Assembly: GCA_963816945.1 (NCBI GenBank)
Contig: CAWFMH010000002.1
Coordinates: 18,500 to 82,499, forward strand
DNA: 64,000 nt
DNA from: an uncultured Gammaproteobacteria bacterium
Lineage (GTDB): Bacteria > Pseudomonadota > Gammaproteobacteria > Xanthomonadales > Xanthomonadaceae
Direction: 5' to 3'
Shown: positions 31,136 to 40,761 of the stretch, one piece after another
Position numbering within the stretch: the stretch's first letter is position 1
Layout of the letters: every line of letters starts with the position of its first letter
Program-made: the position numbers and the translations under genes
Notes under the pieces: model-generated
Seen by the model: the letters and a program-made list of their open reading frames with translations, nothing else
Databases searched by the model: none
What the model was told of the DNA's origin: nothing

Positions 31136-31913
31136 CTATTCGTCGAACCGCAAATGCCGCACCGACTTGCCATGCCTGCGGATCAACTTCAAGGCCTCGA
31201 TCCCGATCTGGATATGCCGCTCGACGAACTCGGCGCTGACCTTGGCATCGCTCGCCTCGGTCTTGACGCCTTCCGGAATCATCGGCTGGTCCGACACCAG
31301 CAGCAGCGCGCCGCACGGGATGCGGTTGGCGAAGCCGGCGGCGAAGATCGTGGCGGTTTCCATGTCGATCGCCATGCAGCGCAGCTTGCGCAGGTAGTCC
31401 TTGAACGGTTCGTCGTGTTCCCAGACGCGGCGGTTGGTGGTGAAGACGGTGCCGGTCCAGTAGTCGTGGCCGAGGTCGCGGATCATCGTCGACACCGCGC
31501 GCTGCAATGCGAATGCCGGCAGCGCCGGCACTTCCGGCGGCAGGTAGTCGTTGCTCGTGCCCTCGCCGCGGATCGCGGCGATCGGCAGCACCAGGTCGCC
31601 GAGCTGCGTTCTTGCGCTTGAGCCCGCCGCATTTGCCGAGGAACAGCACCGCCTTGGGCATGATCGCCGACAGCAGGTCCATCATCGTCGCGGCGTTGGG
31701 GCTGCCCATGCCGAAGTTGATCAGGGTGATGCCGTCGGCGGTGCAGCTGGGCATGGGCCGGTCGATGCCGAGCACCGGCGCGCCGGTGAGCTTGCTGAAG
31801 TGGCCGAGGTAGCCGCCGAAGTTGGTCAGCAGGATGTGCTCGCCGAAGTCCTCGAGCGGTACGCCGGTGTAGCGCGGCAGCCAGTTGTTGACGATCTGGT
31901 CTTTTTCTTTCAT
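31136..31913 (-). pseudogene. amn: AMP nucleosidase (short form) with apparent frameshift
   Basis: The N-terminal half ('MKEKDQIVNNWLPRYTG...INFGMGSPNAATMMDLL...LFLGKCGGLKRKN') is in the frame of track ORF 30405..32051. The C-terminal half ('LGDLVLPIAAIRGEGTSNDY...AIDMETATIFAAGF...RHLRFDE') is in the frame of ORF 31136..31591. The junction is at ~31601-31607. Confidence 0.8.
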
Positions 31914-32110
31914 GGGTTGTTCCTGAAACGTCACGCCGGCTCGGTCGAAGCACGTGACCCTGTTCGCGGGGTCCGGCCCTTGCTCGGCACGAGCGGAAGC
32001 CGTGGGCTGCATTCTGTCATGCCGACCCATGACCAAGGTCATGCTTGGCACGGCCCGATCCGGCGGCTACGGTGCACGGGTTGTCCGTCGTGCCACTCCG
32101 GGGATACCGC

Positions 32111-33577
32111 ATGCTTCGACCACTTGCCGTCGCGCTCGCCGCGACGTTCACGACCGCGCTCATCATCGGCACGCCGAACTACGCGCAGGCCGCACCCGAC
32201 ACGAAGCCTGCGCGCTTCACGCAGGACCCCTATCCGAGCACCTACCAAGTGATCGCGTCGGCACCGGTGTTGATCACCGGCGCCACCGTGCTGACCGGCA
32301 CCGGTACGCGCCTGGACGATGCCGACGTGCTGATGCGCGACGGCAGGATCGTCGCGATCGGCACGGATCTCGACGCGCCGGTCGATGCGACGCGCGTCGA
32401 CGGCAGCGGCAAGTGGGTGACGCCGGGACTGATCGACGTGCATTCGCATCTCGGCGTGTATCCGAGTCCGGGCGCGAAAGCACACGGCGATGGCAACGAA
32501 TCCACCGCGCCGGTGACGGCGAACGTGTGGGCCGAGCATTCGGTGTGGCCGCAGGATCCGGGGTTTCTCAAGGCGATGGCGGGCGGCATCACCTCGCTGC
32601 AGGTCCTGCCCGGTTCGGCCAACCTGATCGGCGGCCGCGGCGTGACGTTGAAGAACGTGCCGGCGACGACCTACCAGGGCATGAAATTCCCGGGCGCGCC
32701 CTGGGGCCTGAAGATGGCCTGTGGCGAGAACCCGAAGCGCGTCTATGGCGAGAAGGGCGGACCCTCGACGCGCATGGGCAATGTCGCCGGCTATCGCGCG
32801 GCGTTCATCGATGCCACCGAATACCTCAACAAGAACGGCAAGGAATCCACGCCGAAGAAGAAGCGCTGGTGGCAGAGCGAGGAAGAAAAGGCCGACAGCG
32901 ACGCCGACAGCGGCGGCAAGCGCGACCTCAAGCTCGACACGCTGGCCGGCGCAATCCATGGCGACATCAAGGTGCACATCCACTGCTATCGCGCCGACGA
33001 GATGGCGACGATGCTCGACCTGGCCAAGGAGTTCGGTTTCAAGGTCGCTGCGTTCCATCACGGCGTCGAGGCCTACAAGCTCGCCGACCGGCTCGCTGCC
33101 GAGGGCGTGTGCGGTGCATTGTGGGCCGACTGGTGGGGCTTCAAGATGGAAGCCTTCGACGGCATCCAGGAGAACATCGCGCTGGTCGATCGACCGCAAA
33201 ACGGCTGCGCGATCGTGCACTCGGATTCCGACGAGGGCATCCAGCGCCTCAACCAGGAGGCGGCGAAGGTGATGGCGCACGCGCAGCTGGCCGGCATCGA
33301 GATACCACCGGAGCGCGCGATCCGCTGGATCACGCAGAATCCGGCCAAGTCGATGGGCATCCTCGAGAAGACCGGCACGCTCGAGGCCGGCAAGATGGCC
33401 GACGTGGTGCTGTGGAGCGGCAATCCCTTCAGCGTCTATGCGCATGCCGAGCAGGTGTACGTGGATGGCGCGCGCGTGTTCGATCGCGGTGACCGTTCAC
33501 GGCAGCCGCAATCGGATTTCATGCTGGGACAGGGCGTGCCGCCGGACAGCATGGGCGTGACGGAGGGTGTGCGATGA
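32111..33577 (+). CDS. periplasmic metal-dependent amidohydrolase
   Basis: ATG verified at 32111. Signal peptide 'MLRPLAVALAATFTTALIIGTPNYAQA'. 'GLIDVHSHLG' metal-binding motif. Confidence 0.85.
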   Translation: MLRPLAVALAATFTTALIIGTPNYAQAAPDTKPARFTQDPYPSTYQVIASAPVLITGATVLTGTGTRLDDADVLMRDGRIVAIGTDLDAPVDATRVDGSGKWVTPGLIDVHSHLGVYPSPGAKAHGDGNESTAPVTANVWAEHSVWPQDPGFLKAMAGGITSLQVLPGSANLIGGRGVTLKNVPATTYQGMKFPGAPWGLKMACGENPKRVYGEKGGPSTRMGNVAGYRAAFIDATEYLNKNGKESTPKKKRWWQSEEEKADSDADSGGKRDLKLDTLAGAIHGDIKVHIHCYRADEMATMLDLAKEFGFKVAAFHHGVEAYKLADRLAAEGVCGALWADWWGFKMEAFDGIQENIALVDRPQNGCAIVHSDSDEGIQRLNQEAAKVMAHAQLAGIEIPPERAIRWITQNPAKSMGILEKTGTLEAGKMADVVLWSGNPFSVYAHAEQVYVDGARVFDRGDRSRQPQSDFMLGQGVPPDSMGVTEGVR

Positions 33578-33603
33578 ACAGGTTCCGGTCGCCCGTTCCG
33601 CAG

Positions 33604-33704
33604 TCGTCCCAGCGAACGCTGGGACCCATCTTGATTTCGCCGCTGTGCCTGCGTGAAGTTCGCAGGGCAACGTCAAAATGGATCCCAGCGTGCGCTGGGA
33701 CGAC
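33604..33704. repeat. 101-bp nested palindromic element (GTCxTCCCAGCGxxxGCTGGGA type)
   Basis: Arms 'gtcgtcccagcgaacgctgggacccatcttga' and 'tcaaaatggatcccagcgtgcgctgggacgac', between the two amidohydrolase paralogues. Same family as the 19.5-20.2 kb array and 60427-60505. Confidence 0.85.
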
Positions 33705-33705
33705 G

Positions 33706-35001
33706 ATGTCGTGGCCGATGGCTTCGCTGCTTGCAGCCGTCCTGTTGATATCGGGCAATGCAGTCGCACAGGACGTGCTAATCCGCAACGCCACCGTCCA
33801 CACCGCCACCGCGCGCGGCACGTTGCAGAACGCCGACGTGCTGGTGCGCGACGGCCGCATCGCCGCGGTCGGCAGCGGACTGGCCGCGGGCAATGCGCAG
33901 GTGATCGACGCACAAGGCAAGCCGCTGACGCCGGCGTTGTTCGGCGGCATCAGCGAGATCGGGCTGGAGGAAGTCTCGGGCGAGGATGCGACCACCGACG
34001 GCGCATTGGCGCTGGGTCTGACCGACAAGGACATGGTGGTGCGCCCGGAATTCGACGTGACCCTGGCCTACAACCCCGAGTCGGTGCTGTTGCCCGTGGC
34101 GCGCGTGGAAGGCATCGGCTTCACGCTGCTCGGCGCACTGCCGACCGCCGGCGGTTCGATCGTCGGTGGCCAGGGCGCGGTGATGCGCCTGGACGGCAGC
34201 CTCGATCCGTTCGGGCCGAAGGTGTTGTTCGTCGGGCTCGGCGGCGACTCGGCGGCGAACCTGACCGGAACTTCGCGCGCGGCGCAATGGATGCTGCTGG
34301 ACCAGCTGATCGACGAGCTCCGCGGCCGCATTCCGCCCGCCTCCGACCTTGCCTTGCTGACGCCATCCGGCCGCAGCACGCTGGCCCGTTACATTGGCGG
34401 TGGCGGCCGCGTCGTGTTCGAAGTCCATCGCGCCGCCGACATCCGTCAGCTGCTGCGCTGGTCGAAGCGCCACGACGTCCGCATCGCGGTGTCGGGCGGC
34501 ACCGAGGCCTGGAAAGTCGGTGCCGAACTCGCTGCCGCCAAGGTGCCGGTGTTCGTCAATCCGCTCGCCAACCTGCCGGCGGATTTCGACCAGCTCGGTG
34601 CGACGATGGAGAACGCCGCGCGCCTGCGCGCGGCGGGCGTCGAGGTCGGCTTCACACTCGGCGATTCGCACAACGCGCGCAAGATGCGGCAGCTCGCCGG
34701 CAATGCGGTGGCCAACGGCCTGCCGTGGGAAGACGGCCTCGCCGGACTCACGCGTGTGCCGGCGGAAGCGTTCGGCGTCGGCGACCGCCTCGGCGGCATC
34801 ACGCCGGGCAAGCTCGCCGACCTTGTGCTGTGGAGCGGCGATCCGCTCGAGGTCAACACCGTCGCCCGGCAGGTCTGGCTCGGCGGCAAGGCGATGCCGA
34901 TGCGCAGCCGCCAGATCGAATTGCGCGATCGCTATCTGCGCAGCGATACCCCGCGCGAAGGCGGCGGCCTGCCGCGTGCGTATCCGGCGGTCGTTCGCTG
35001 A
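33706..35001 (+). CDS. periplasmic amidohydrolase (paralogue of the upstream gene)
   Basis: ATG at 33706 or 33718 gives the signal peptide 'M(SWPM)ASLLAAVLLISGNAVAQ'. Amidohydrolase-fold C-terminal motif 'GKLADLVLWSGDPLE'. Confidence 0.85.
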   Translation: MSWPMASLLAAVLLISGNAVAQDVLIRNATVHTATARGTLQNADVLVRDGRIAAVGSGLAAGNAQVIDAQGKPLTPALFGGISEIGLEEVSGEDATTDGALALGLTDKDMVVRPEFDVTLAYNPESVLLPVARVEGIGFTLLGALPTAGGSIVGGQGAVMRLDGSLDPFGPKVLFVGLGGDSAANLTGTSRAAQWMLLDQLIDELRGRIPPASDLALLTPSGRSTLARYIGGGGRVVFEVHRAADIRQLLRWSKRHDVRIAVSGGTEAWKVGAELAAAKVPVFVNPLANLPADFDQLGATMENAARLRAAGVEVGFTLGDSHNARKMRQLAGNAVANGLPWEDGLAGLTRVPAEAFGVGDRLGGITPGKLADLVLWSGDPLEVNTVARQVWLGGKAMPMRSRQIELRDRYLRSDTPREGGGLPRAYPAVVR

Positions 35002-35023
35002 CGACGAGCGGAAGCCGCCCAGC

Positions 35024-35092
35024 GTTGTCATCGCGAGCGTAGCGAGGGATCTGCTGTCTAAAACAGATCCCTCGCGACGCTCGGGATGACAC
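35024..35092. repeat. 69-bp palindromic element (GTCATCGCGAGCG..GAGGGATC type)
   Basis: Arms 'gttgtcatcgcgagcgtagcgagggatc' and 'gatccctcgcgacgctcgggatgacac', between the convergent amidohydrolase and GGDEF genes. Same family as the element inside lhr at 17692. Confidence 0.85.
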
Positions 35093-35118
35093 GTTCTTGC
35101 TGTGCCAGGACGATTCGT

Positions 35119-36795
35119 TCAGACGTCTTCGACCAAACCAACACCTGCCAGCACGCTGCCCGCAGGCTCGCCGATCGCGATGCGATTGCGGCCTGCGCGC
35201 TTGGCGGCATACATCGCCTGGTCGGCGCGCGTCACCAGCGACGTCGTGGTATCGCTGCGGATGCATTCGGCCAGGCCGATGCTGACGGTCAGCGGTTCGG
35301 GCATGCCGGCGAGTTTCGCGCAGCGCTGCTCGACGGCCAGACGGATGCGCTCGGCGGTGTCGCGGGCATGGCGGCGGCTGGAATCGGGCAGGATCATCAG
35401 GAATTCTTCGCCGCCGTAACGGCCGAGCAGGTCGCCGTACTGCAGTTCCTCGCCGATCACGCGTACCAGGGCGTTGAGGCAGGCATCGCCTGCGGCGTGT
35501 CCATGCGTGTCGTTGATCTGCTTGAAGTGGTCGAGATCCAGGAACAGCACCGACAGGTCGGTGGCCTCCTTGCGCGCGCGTGCAATCGCCCAGTCGATCC
35601 GGCGTTCCGTGCCGGCGCGATTGAACACGCCGGTCATGGCATCGCGCTCGGCATGGTGCTGGAAGGTGTCGCGTTCGCGCCGGAACGCGAGCATGCGGTC
35701 GGCGAGGCCCAGGCCGAGCACGACGGCGGAGAAGGCGCATACCGCGGGCAAGCCGTATTCGAGCCACGGCGTCATCGCCGAACCCGCACTGAGCTGCATG
35801 GCGCGCGCAGTCGACACCACCACCAAAGGGACCCAGCCGATCAGCACGAAGCCAGCGTGGCGCCCACCGCGCCACCAGGCGACGAACAGCGTGACCAGCG
35901 CCAGGGCATTGGCGCCGAGCAGCAGCAGGTTGCCGGTCATCGGGAACCAGCCCTTGTCCGCCGGCCACGGCGACACCAGCAGCACCAGCAACACCATCGG
36001 CAGGTAGGCGCCGATCCACGTCAGGGCACGGCACAGCCTCGGCGCGCGTTCGCGCAATTCGGCGAAGTCGAGCAGGAAGTAGACGCTGAGCACCGTCGAC
36101 AACGTCGCCACGAACCACACGCCGGCCGCGCCGAACTGGCCGAGTTCGCGCAATCCCGGCAACGCGTAGGCCTCGCCATAGGCGCACAGCAGGTACAGCA
36201 CCTGCATCAGCATGCTCGCCGCATACAGCAGGTACACGCGTTCGCGCAGCATCAACCAGAACAGCGAGGTCAGCAGCGACACGCCGACCAGGATGCCGAT
36301 CATCGTCGCCAGTACGCGGGTATGGTTGAGGTCGTTGACCGCATGGACGCCGGCGTCCTCGATCGCGATGCGCAAGGGATAGCGCGCGCCTTCCACGCTG
36401 ATGTAAACGGCGTCGCTACCGATCGGGAATACCAGCGCGCGCCGCGAATAGCGCGCGTCGTGCGGGCGATCGAAGACGGTCTGCGTGATCGCGCGGCTGT
36501 GCGGCGAAGCGAGCACGCTCACCCGCGCGCTGTAGGGGTGGTAGACCAGCAGCAGACGGTCGCCCTTGGCGGTAGCCGGCTGCAGCCGCCACCAACCGCG
36601 GCCGCCCCGGCCGGCGAGGCGGTGCACGTCGGCGAGCGGCTCGAAGGCGCTTTCGGGCAGGCGCTCCACCGCTTCCTGCGTAAAGGGTGCGGCTGGCATG
36701 TCGCGGACGCGTTCGAGCCGGGCGATGTCGGCGCCCCAGGCCGGCATGTAAGCCCCAGCCAGCCACAACATGGCTCCCAGCACCAGCAACCGCAT
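35119..36795 (-). CDS. diguanylate cyclase with 7TMR-DISM-type sensor (periplasmic domain, 7 TM helices, GGDEF)
   Basis: ATG verified at 36795 ('MRLLVLGAMLWLAG' signal). Multiple TM helices follow, then a GGDEF domain with 'RYGGEEFLMIL'. Confidence 0.85.
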   Translation of the reverse strand: MRLLVLGAMLWLAGAYMPAWGADIARLERVRDMPAAPFTQEAVERLPESAFEPLADVHRLAGRGGRGWWRLQPATAKGDRLLLVYHPYSARVSVLASPHSRAITQTVFDRPHDARYSRRALVFPIGSDAVYISVEGARYPLRIAIEDAGVHAVNDLNHTRVLATMIGILVGVSLLTSLFWLMLRERVYLLYAASMLMQVLYLLCAYGEAYALPGLRELGQFGAAGVWFVATLSTVLSVYFLLDFAELRERAPRLCRALTWIGAYLPMVLLVLLVSPWPADKGWFPMTGNLLLLGANALALVTLFVAWWRGGRHAGFVLIGWVPLVVVSTARAMQLSAGSAMTPWLEYGLPAVCAFSAVVLGLGLADRMLAFRRERDTFQHHAERDAMTGVFNRAGTERRIDWAIARARKEATDLSVLFLDLDHFKQINDTHGHAAGDACLNALVRVIGEELQYGDLLGRYGGEEFLMILPDSSRRHARDTAERIRLAVEQRCAKLAGMPEPLTVSIGLAECIRSDTTTSLVTRADQAMYAAKRAGRNRIAIGEPAGSVLAGVGLVEDV

Positions 36796-36932
36796 CACCG
36801 CTCTCCGTGGGCGCCCCCGAGCATGCGCCCGGCCAGTCTCTGCCTCGACCGGTGACACCGCAAGCGCACCCGCCCTGCCCCGCCGCTGGCGGGCGTATCC
36901 TCGCCAGCTGTTGCAGCAAAGGGGAGCACGTC

Positions 36933-37328
36933 ATGGAGCACGTCAATTGGCTGGCCGTGGTCGCCGCGGCGGTTTCGGCGTTTCTGCTCGGCGGGGTGTG
37001 GTACGGGCCGCTGTTCAAGCAGGCCTGGTGTCGCGAGGCCGGCGTCGATCCGGATTGCGCGCCGAAGCAGCATCCCGCGCGCATCTTCGCGATCGCGTTC
37101 GTGTGCAGCCTGGCGGCGGCGTTCGCGTTCGCCTGGTTCCTCGGACCGCAACCCGCGCTCGGCAAGGCGCTGCACGCCGGCTTCATGATCGGCCTGGCCT
37201 GGGTGGCAACGAGCTTCGGCATCAACTACGCGTTCGCCCAGCGCAGCTTCAAGCTGTGGCTGATCGATGCCGGCTACCACGTGCTGCAATTCACGGTATA
37301 CGGACTCATCCTGGGCCTGTGGCACTGA
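36933..37328 (+). CDS. DUF1761 family membrane protein
   Basis: ATG at 36933 with a GGGGAG SD. 131 aa, four hydrophobic segments, 'GGVWYGPLFKQAW' N-terminal motif. Confidence 0.7.
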   Translation: MEHVNWLAVVAAAVSAFLLGGVWYGPLFKQAWCREAGVDPDCAPKQHPARIFAIAFVCSLAAAFAFAWFLGPQPALGKALHAGFMIGLAWVATSFGINYAFAQRSFKLWLIDAGYHVLQFTVYGLILGLWH

Positions 37329-37332
37329 CGCG

Positions 37333-37965
37333 ATGACGATGCAGGCGCCGCTGCGCTGGTACTTCGACTTCATCTCGCCGTTCTCGTACCTGCAATGGCC
37401 ACGCGTGCGCGGCCTGCTCGCCGAACGGCCGATCGTGCTGGTGCCGATCCTGTTCGGCGCCGTGCTCGATGCGCGCGGACAGAAGGGCCCGGCGGAAATC
37501 GTCGGCAAGCGCGAGTTCACCTATCGCCACGTGTTGTGGCAGGCGCGGCAGCAGGGCGTGGCGCTGCGCTTTCCGCCGCGGCATCCGTTCAATCCCCTGC
37601 ATGCCTTGCGCCTGTGCATCGCCGCCGGTGCAACGGCGCACGCGGTGACCGCGATCTTCGACTGGATCTGGGCCGACGGCCGCGCCGCCGACAGCGTCGA
37701 GGCGCTGGCGCCGCTGATCGCCCAACTCGGATTGTCGCCCGATGCGCTCGGCGACGGCGCGGTCAAGTCCGCATTGCGCGACAACACGCAGGCCGCGCTC
37801 GACGCCGGCGTGTTCGGCGTGCCGACGTTCGCGATCGGCGATGCGCTGTTCTGGGGCAACGATGCGCACGATTTCGCCGCAGCCGTGCTCGACGATCCCT
37901 CCTTGCTCGACGATGACGAGATGCGGCGCGTTGTGACCTTGCCGATCGGGATACGACGCATCTAG
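37333..37965 (+). CDS. 2-hydroxychromene-2-carboxylate isomerase / DsbA-like thioredoxin-fold protein
   Basis: ATG verified at 37333. 'LRWYFDFISPFSYL' N-terminus and 'GVFGVPTFAIGDALFWGNDA' are typical of the HCCA isomerase family. Confidence 0.8.
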   Translation: MTMQAPLRWYFDFISPFSYLQWPRVRGLLAERPIVLVPILFGAVLDARGQKGPAEIVGKREFTYRHVLWQARQQGVALRFPPRHPFNPLHALRLCIAAGATAHAVTAIFDWIWADGRAADSVEALAPLIAQLGLSPDALGDGAVKSALRDNTQAALDAGVFGVPTFAIGDALFWGNDAHDFAAAVLDDPSLLDDDEMRRVVTLPIGIRRI

Positions 37966-38043
37966 CCAGGCGCGCGCGGACGCGATCCGGTGCACAATCG
38001 GCAGCGACCGATGCCGCCCGCATCGCCAACCAGAGCCCATTCC

Positions 38044-38985
38044 ATGCGCATCGGACTCGTCGTCGATTCGGCTTGCGACCTGCCAACCAGCTTCCTCAAG
38101 CAGCACGACATCACGATCCTGCCGATCTCGGTCAGGATCGACGACGCGCTGCAGGTCGACTATCGCGACGAGGCGGCGACGCTGGCATTCCTGCATGCGC
38201 ATATCGCCGAGCGCGGCGCCAACGCCGAGACCACGCCGTTCACGGTCGAGCAGATCCGCGATCTGTTCCTGCAACGCCTGGTGATCGACTACGACTACGT
38301 GTTCTGCATGACGATCACCAAGACGCGCAGCCCGATCTTCGACAACGCGCAGCAGGCAAGTTTCGCGATCCTCAACGAATACCGCCCGGTGCGCGCGGCG
38401 GCCGGCAACCACACGCCGTTCGCGCTGCGCGTGATCGACACGCAGACGCTGTTCTGCGCGCAGGGGATCATCGCGGTGGAAGCCGTGCGCTTGCGCGACG
38501 CCGGCGAAGGCGCGGCCAAGATTCGTGCGCGACTGGAATACCTCGCATTGCACACGCACGGCTACCTGATTCCGCGCGACCTCTATTACATCCGAACCCG
38601 CGCGCGCATGAAGGGCGACCGCAGCGTCAGCCTGTTCAGCGCCGCACTCGGCACCGCGCTGGATATCAAGCCCGTGCTGCACGGCGCGCGCGGCGAGACC
38701 GCGCCGGTGGCGAAGATCAAGGGCTTCGAACCGGCGGTGCAGAAGATGCTCGACTTCGCCGCGCGCCGCGTCGAGGCCGGACTGCTGACGCCGACGCTGA
38801 CGCTGTGCTACGGCGGCGAACTCGACGAATTGCGTGCCCTGCCCGGTTACGCGGCGTTGCGCGAGACGTGCGCGGCGCACAACATCGAGGTCTTCGAGAG
38901 CGTGATGAGCCTGACCGGCATGGTCAATGTCGGCAAGGGCGCGGTGGTGGTGGGTTTTGCCGCAGAGCCGCATCGGTTCGAGTGA
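38044..38985 (+). CDS. DegV family (fatty-acid-binding) protein
   Basis: ATG verified at 38044. 'MRIGLVVDSACDLP' N-terminus and overall DegV-like length (313 aa). Confidence 0.8.
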   Translation: MRIGLVVDSACDLPTSFLKQHDITILPISVRIDDALQVDYRDEAATLAFLHAHIAERGANAETTPFTVEQIRDLFLQRLVIDYDYVFCMTITKTRSPIFDNAQQASFAILNEYRPVRAAAGNHTPFALRVIDTQTLFCAQGIIAVEAVRLRDAGEGAAKIRARLEYLALHTHGYLIPRDLYYIRTRARMKGDRSVSLFSAALGTALDIKPVLHGARGETAPVAKIKGFEPAVQKMLDFAARRVEAGLLTPTLTLCYGGELDELRALPGYAALRETCAAHNIEVFESVMSLTGMVNVGKGAVVVGFAAEPHRFE

Positions 38986-39173
38986 CGTGTCGCCCGGTCG
39001 CTGTTCCGCCCGCATTTGTCGCTTACTTCTCCCGCTTGCGGCAGAAGTCAGCCGAAGGCCGAACGAGGGCACTCTTGATCTTCGCTGCGACGATCGTAAC
39101 CAGCCCATGCTGATGACACGACCCTAACGACCCACGCGGCAAGCTCGTCGACAATCTTCCAATCGAGCCATCC

Positions 39174-39515
39174 ATGGCCACCCGCTACTACATCAGCCTG
39201 CCCGACCCTCCGCGCGCGCGCGGCGGCACCGAGTTCTCGTTCAAGTCGCAAGGTGCCGAAGGGTTTGCGCAGGAACTGCAGGATGCGTTGCGCAGCGCGA
39301 CGCTGTTCGAACGCTGGCGCGCGATGCAGGACGATCCGGAGGGGGTCGATCCCGCGCTCGGCGCGACCGACGCCACTGCCAGCGTCAAGGGCGAACAGCA
39401 CGACCTGCATGTCGACCTGATCGCGACCACGTCGATCCCCGGCAGCGTCTTCAAGCATCGCCTGCGACTGCTCGCCGGCAGCGCGTGGGAATTGCGGGAT
39501 GTTTCGGCCGCGTAA
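39174..39515 (+). CDS. hypothetical protein
   Basis: 113-aa ORF with protein-like composition and no recognisable motif. Confidence 0.45.
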   Translation: MATRYYISLPDPPRARGGTEFSFKSQGAEGFAQELQDALRSATLFERWRAMQDDPEGVDPALGATDATASVKGEQHDLHVDLIATTSIPGSVFKHRLRLLAGSAWELRDVSAA

Positions 39516-39535
39516 GCCCGGTCCGGCGACATCGA

Positions 39536-40228
39536 ATGACGACGAAGACGCCCGTACTGCTGTCGTGGAGCGGCGGCAAGGATGCGGCCTGGGCCTTGTA
39601 CGTCCTGCGCCAGGACCCCGCGATCGACGTGGTCGGCTTGGTCACCACGATCACCGATGGCTACGAGCGCGTGGCGATGCAAGGCATCCGCCGCGACGTG
39701 CTGCAGGCGCAGGCCGAGGCTGCCGGCTTGGCGGTGATCGAGGCACGCATGCCGCAGCGCGCGAGCAACGAGGTCTATGAACAGGTGTTCGCCGACTCGC
39801 TCGCAGCGGCGCGCGAGCTTTGGCCAGGGCTCCGACATGTGGCCTTCGGCGACCTGTTCCTGGAAGACATCAGGACGTATCGCATCGCGTTGTGCGCGCG
39901 CGTCGGTTGGACGCCGCTATTCCCGCTATTCGGCGCCGACACCGCCGTACTCGCGCGTAAAATGCTCGACGGTGGCCTGCGTGCGAGCCTGTGTTGCGTC
40001 GATACGACCCAGCTCGATGCGGTGTATGCGGGCCGCGTTTTTGATCGCGCCCTGCTCGACGATCTGCCCGCTGGCGTCGATCCGTGCGGTGAGAACGGCG
40101 AGTTCCATACCTGTGTGCAGGCCGGCCCGATGTTTTCGCACGCCGTCGCGATCGAGCGCGGCGTAACGGTGCTGCGCGACGGACGCTTCGCTTATACGGA
40201 TTTCGTGCTTCGGTCGCGGAAGGAATAG
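39536..40228 (+). CDS. PP-loop ATP pyrophosphatase, Dph6/MJ0570-related
   Basis: ATG verified at 39536. 'LLSWSGGKDAAWAL' PP-loop (SGGKD). Confidence 0.75.
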   Translation: MTTKTPVLLSWSGGKDAAWALYVLRQDPAIDVVGLVTTITDGYERVAMQGIRRDVLQAQAEAAGLAVIEARMPQRASNEVYEQVFADSLAAARELWPGLRHVAFGDLFLEDIRTYRIALCARVGWTPLFPLFGADTAVLARKMLDGGLRASLCCVDTTQLDAVYAGRVFDRALLDDLPAGVDPCGENGEFHTCVQAGPMFSHAVAIERGVTVLRDGRFAYTDFVLRSRKE

Positions 40229-40247
40229 CGTGCATCAGCAAATCTTC

Positions 40248-40740
40248 TCCCTCGCCCCGCGCAGCGGGGAGAGGGTGGCGCGCATGCGCCGGGTGAGGGG
40301 TGCGTGTCCACAGCGTGGATTTGCCGCAACAGCGTCACGCTCACCTCTTCGCTCGCCCCTCATCCGCCTTCGGCACCTTCTCCCCGCGTTGCGGGGAGAA
40401 GGAAAACGAATCCCTCGCCCCGCGCAGCGGGGAGAGGGTGGCGCGCATGCGCCGGGTGAGGGGTGCGTGTCCACAGCGTGGATTTGCCGCAACAGCGTCA
40501 CGCTCACCTCTTCGCTCGCCCCTCATCCGCCTTCGGCACTTCTCCCCGCGTTGCGGGGAGAAGGAAAACGAATCCCTCGCCCCCGCGCAGCGGGGAGAGG
40601 GTGGCGCGCATGCGCCGGGTGAGGGGTGCGTGTCGACAGCGTGGAATTGCCGCAACAGCGTCACACTGACCCCTTCGCTCGCCCCTCATCCGCCTTCGGC
40701 ACCTTCTCCCCGCCGCGCGGGGAGAAGGAAAGCGGTTCCT
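40248..40740. repeat. 163-bp tandem repeat, 3 copies
   Basis: Unit starts ('tccctcgccccgcgcagcgggg...') at 40248, 40411 and 40573. Each unit carries hairpins 'ccccgcgcagcgggg' and 'ttctccccgcgttgcggggagaa' and the palindrome 'ggcgcgcatgcgcc'. It lies between convergent genes. Confidence 0.9.
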
Positions 40741-40761
40741 CGCCACTGCAGCGGATCCGAA

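Noticed and set aside
30405-32051. 548-aa minus-strand ORF taken at face value as one protein
   Set aside because: It is a chimera. It joins amn codons 1-102, about 170 codons of out-of-frame amn read-through ('AARRPGAADRRDPRRG...') and the body of a separate TonB_C-like gene. I resolved it into two frameshifted genes.
33574-33705. ATGA-overlapping start (33574) for the second amidohydrolase
   Set aside because: The 44 extra codons are the translation of the palindromic element at 33604-33704 ('SSQRTLGPILI...KWIPACAGTT'). They would bury the obvious signal peptide that begins at 33706/33718.
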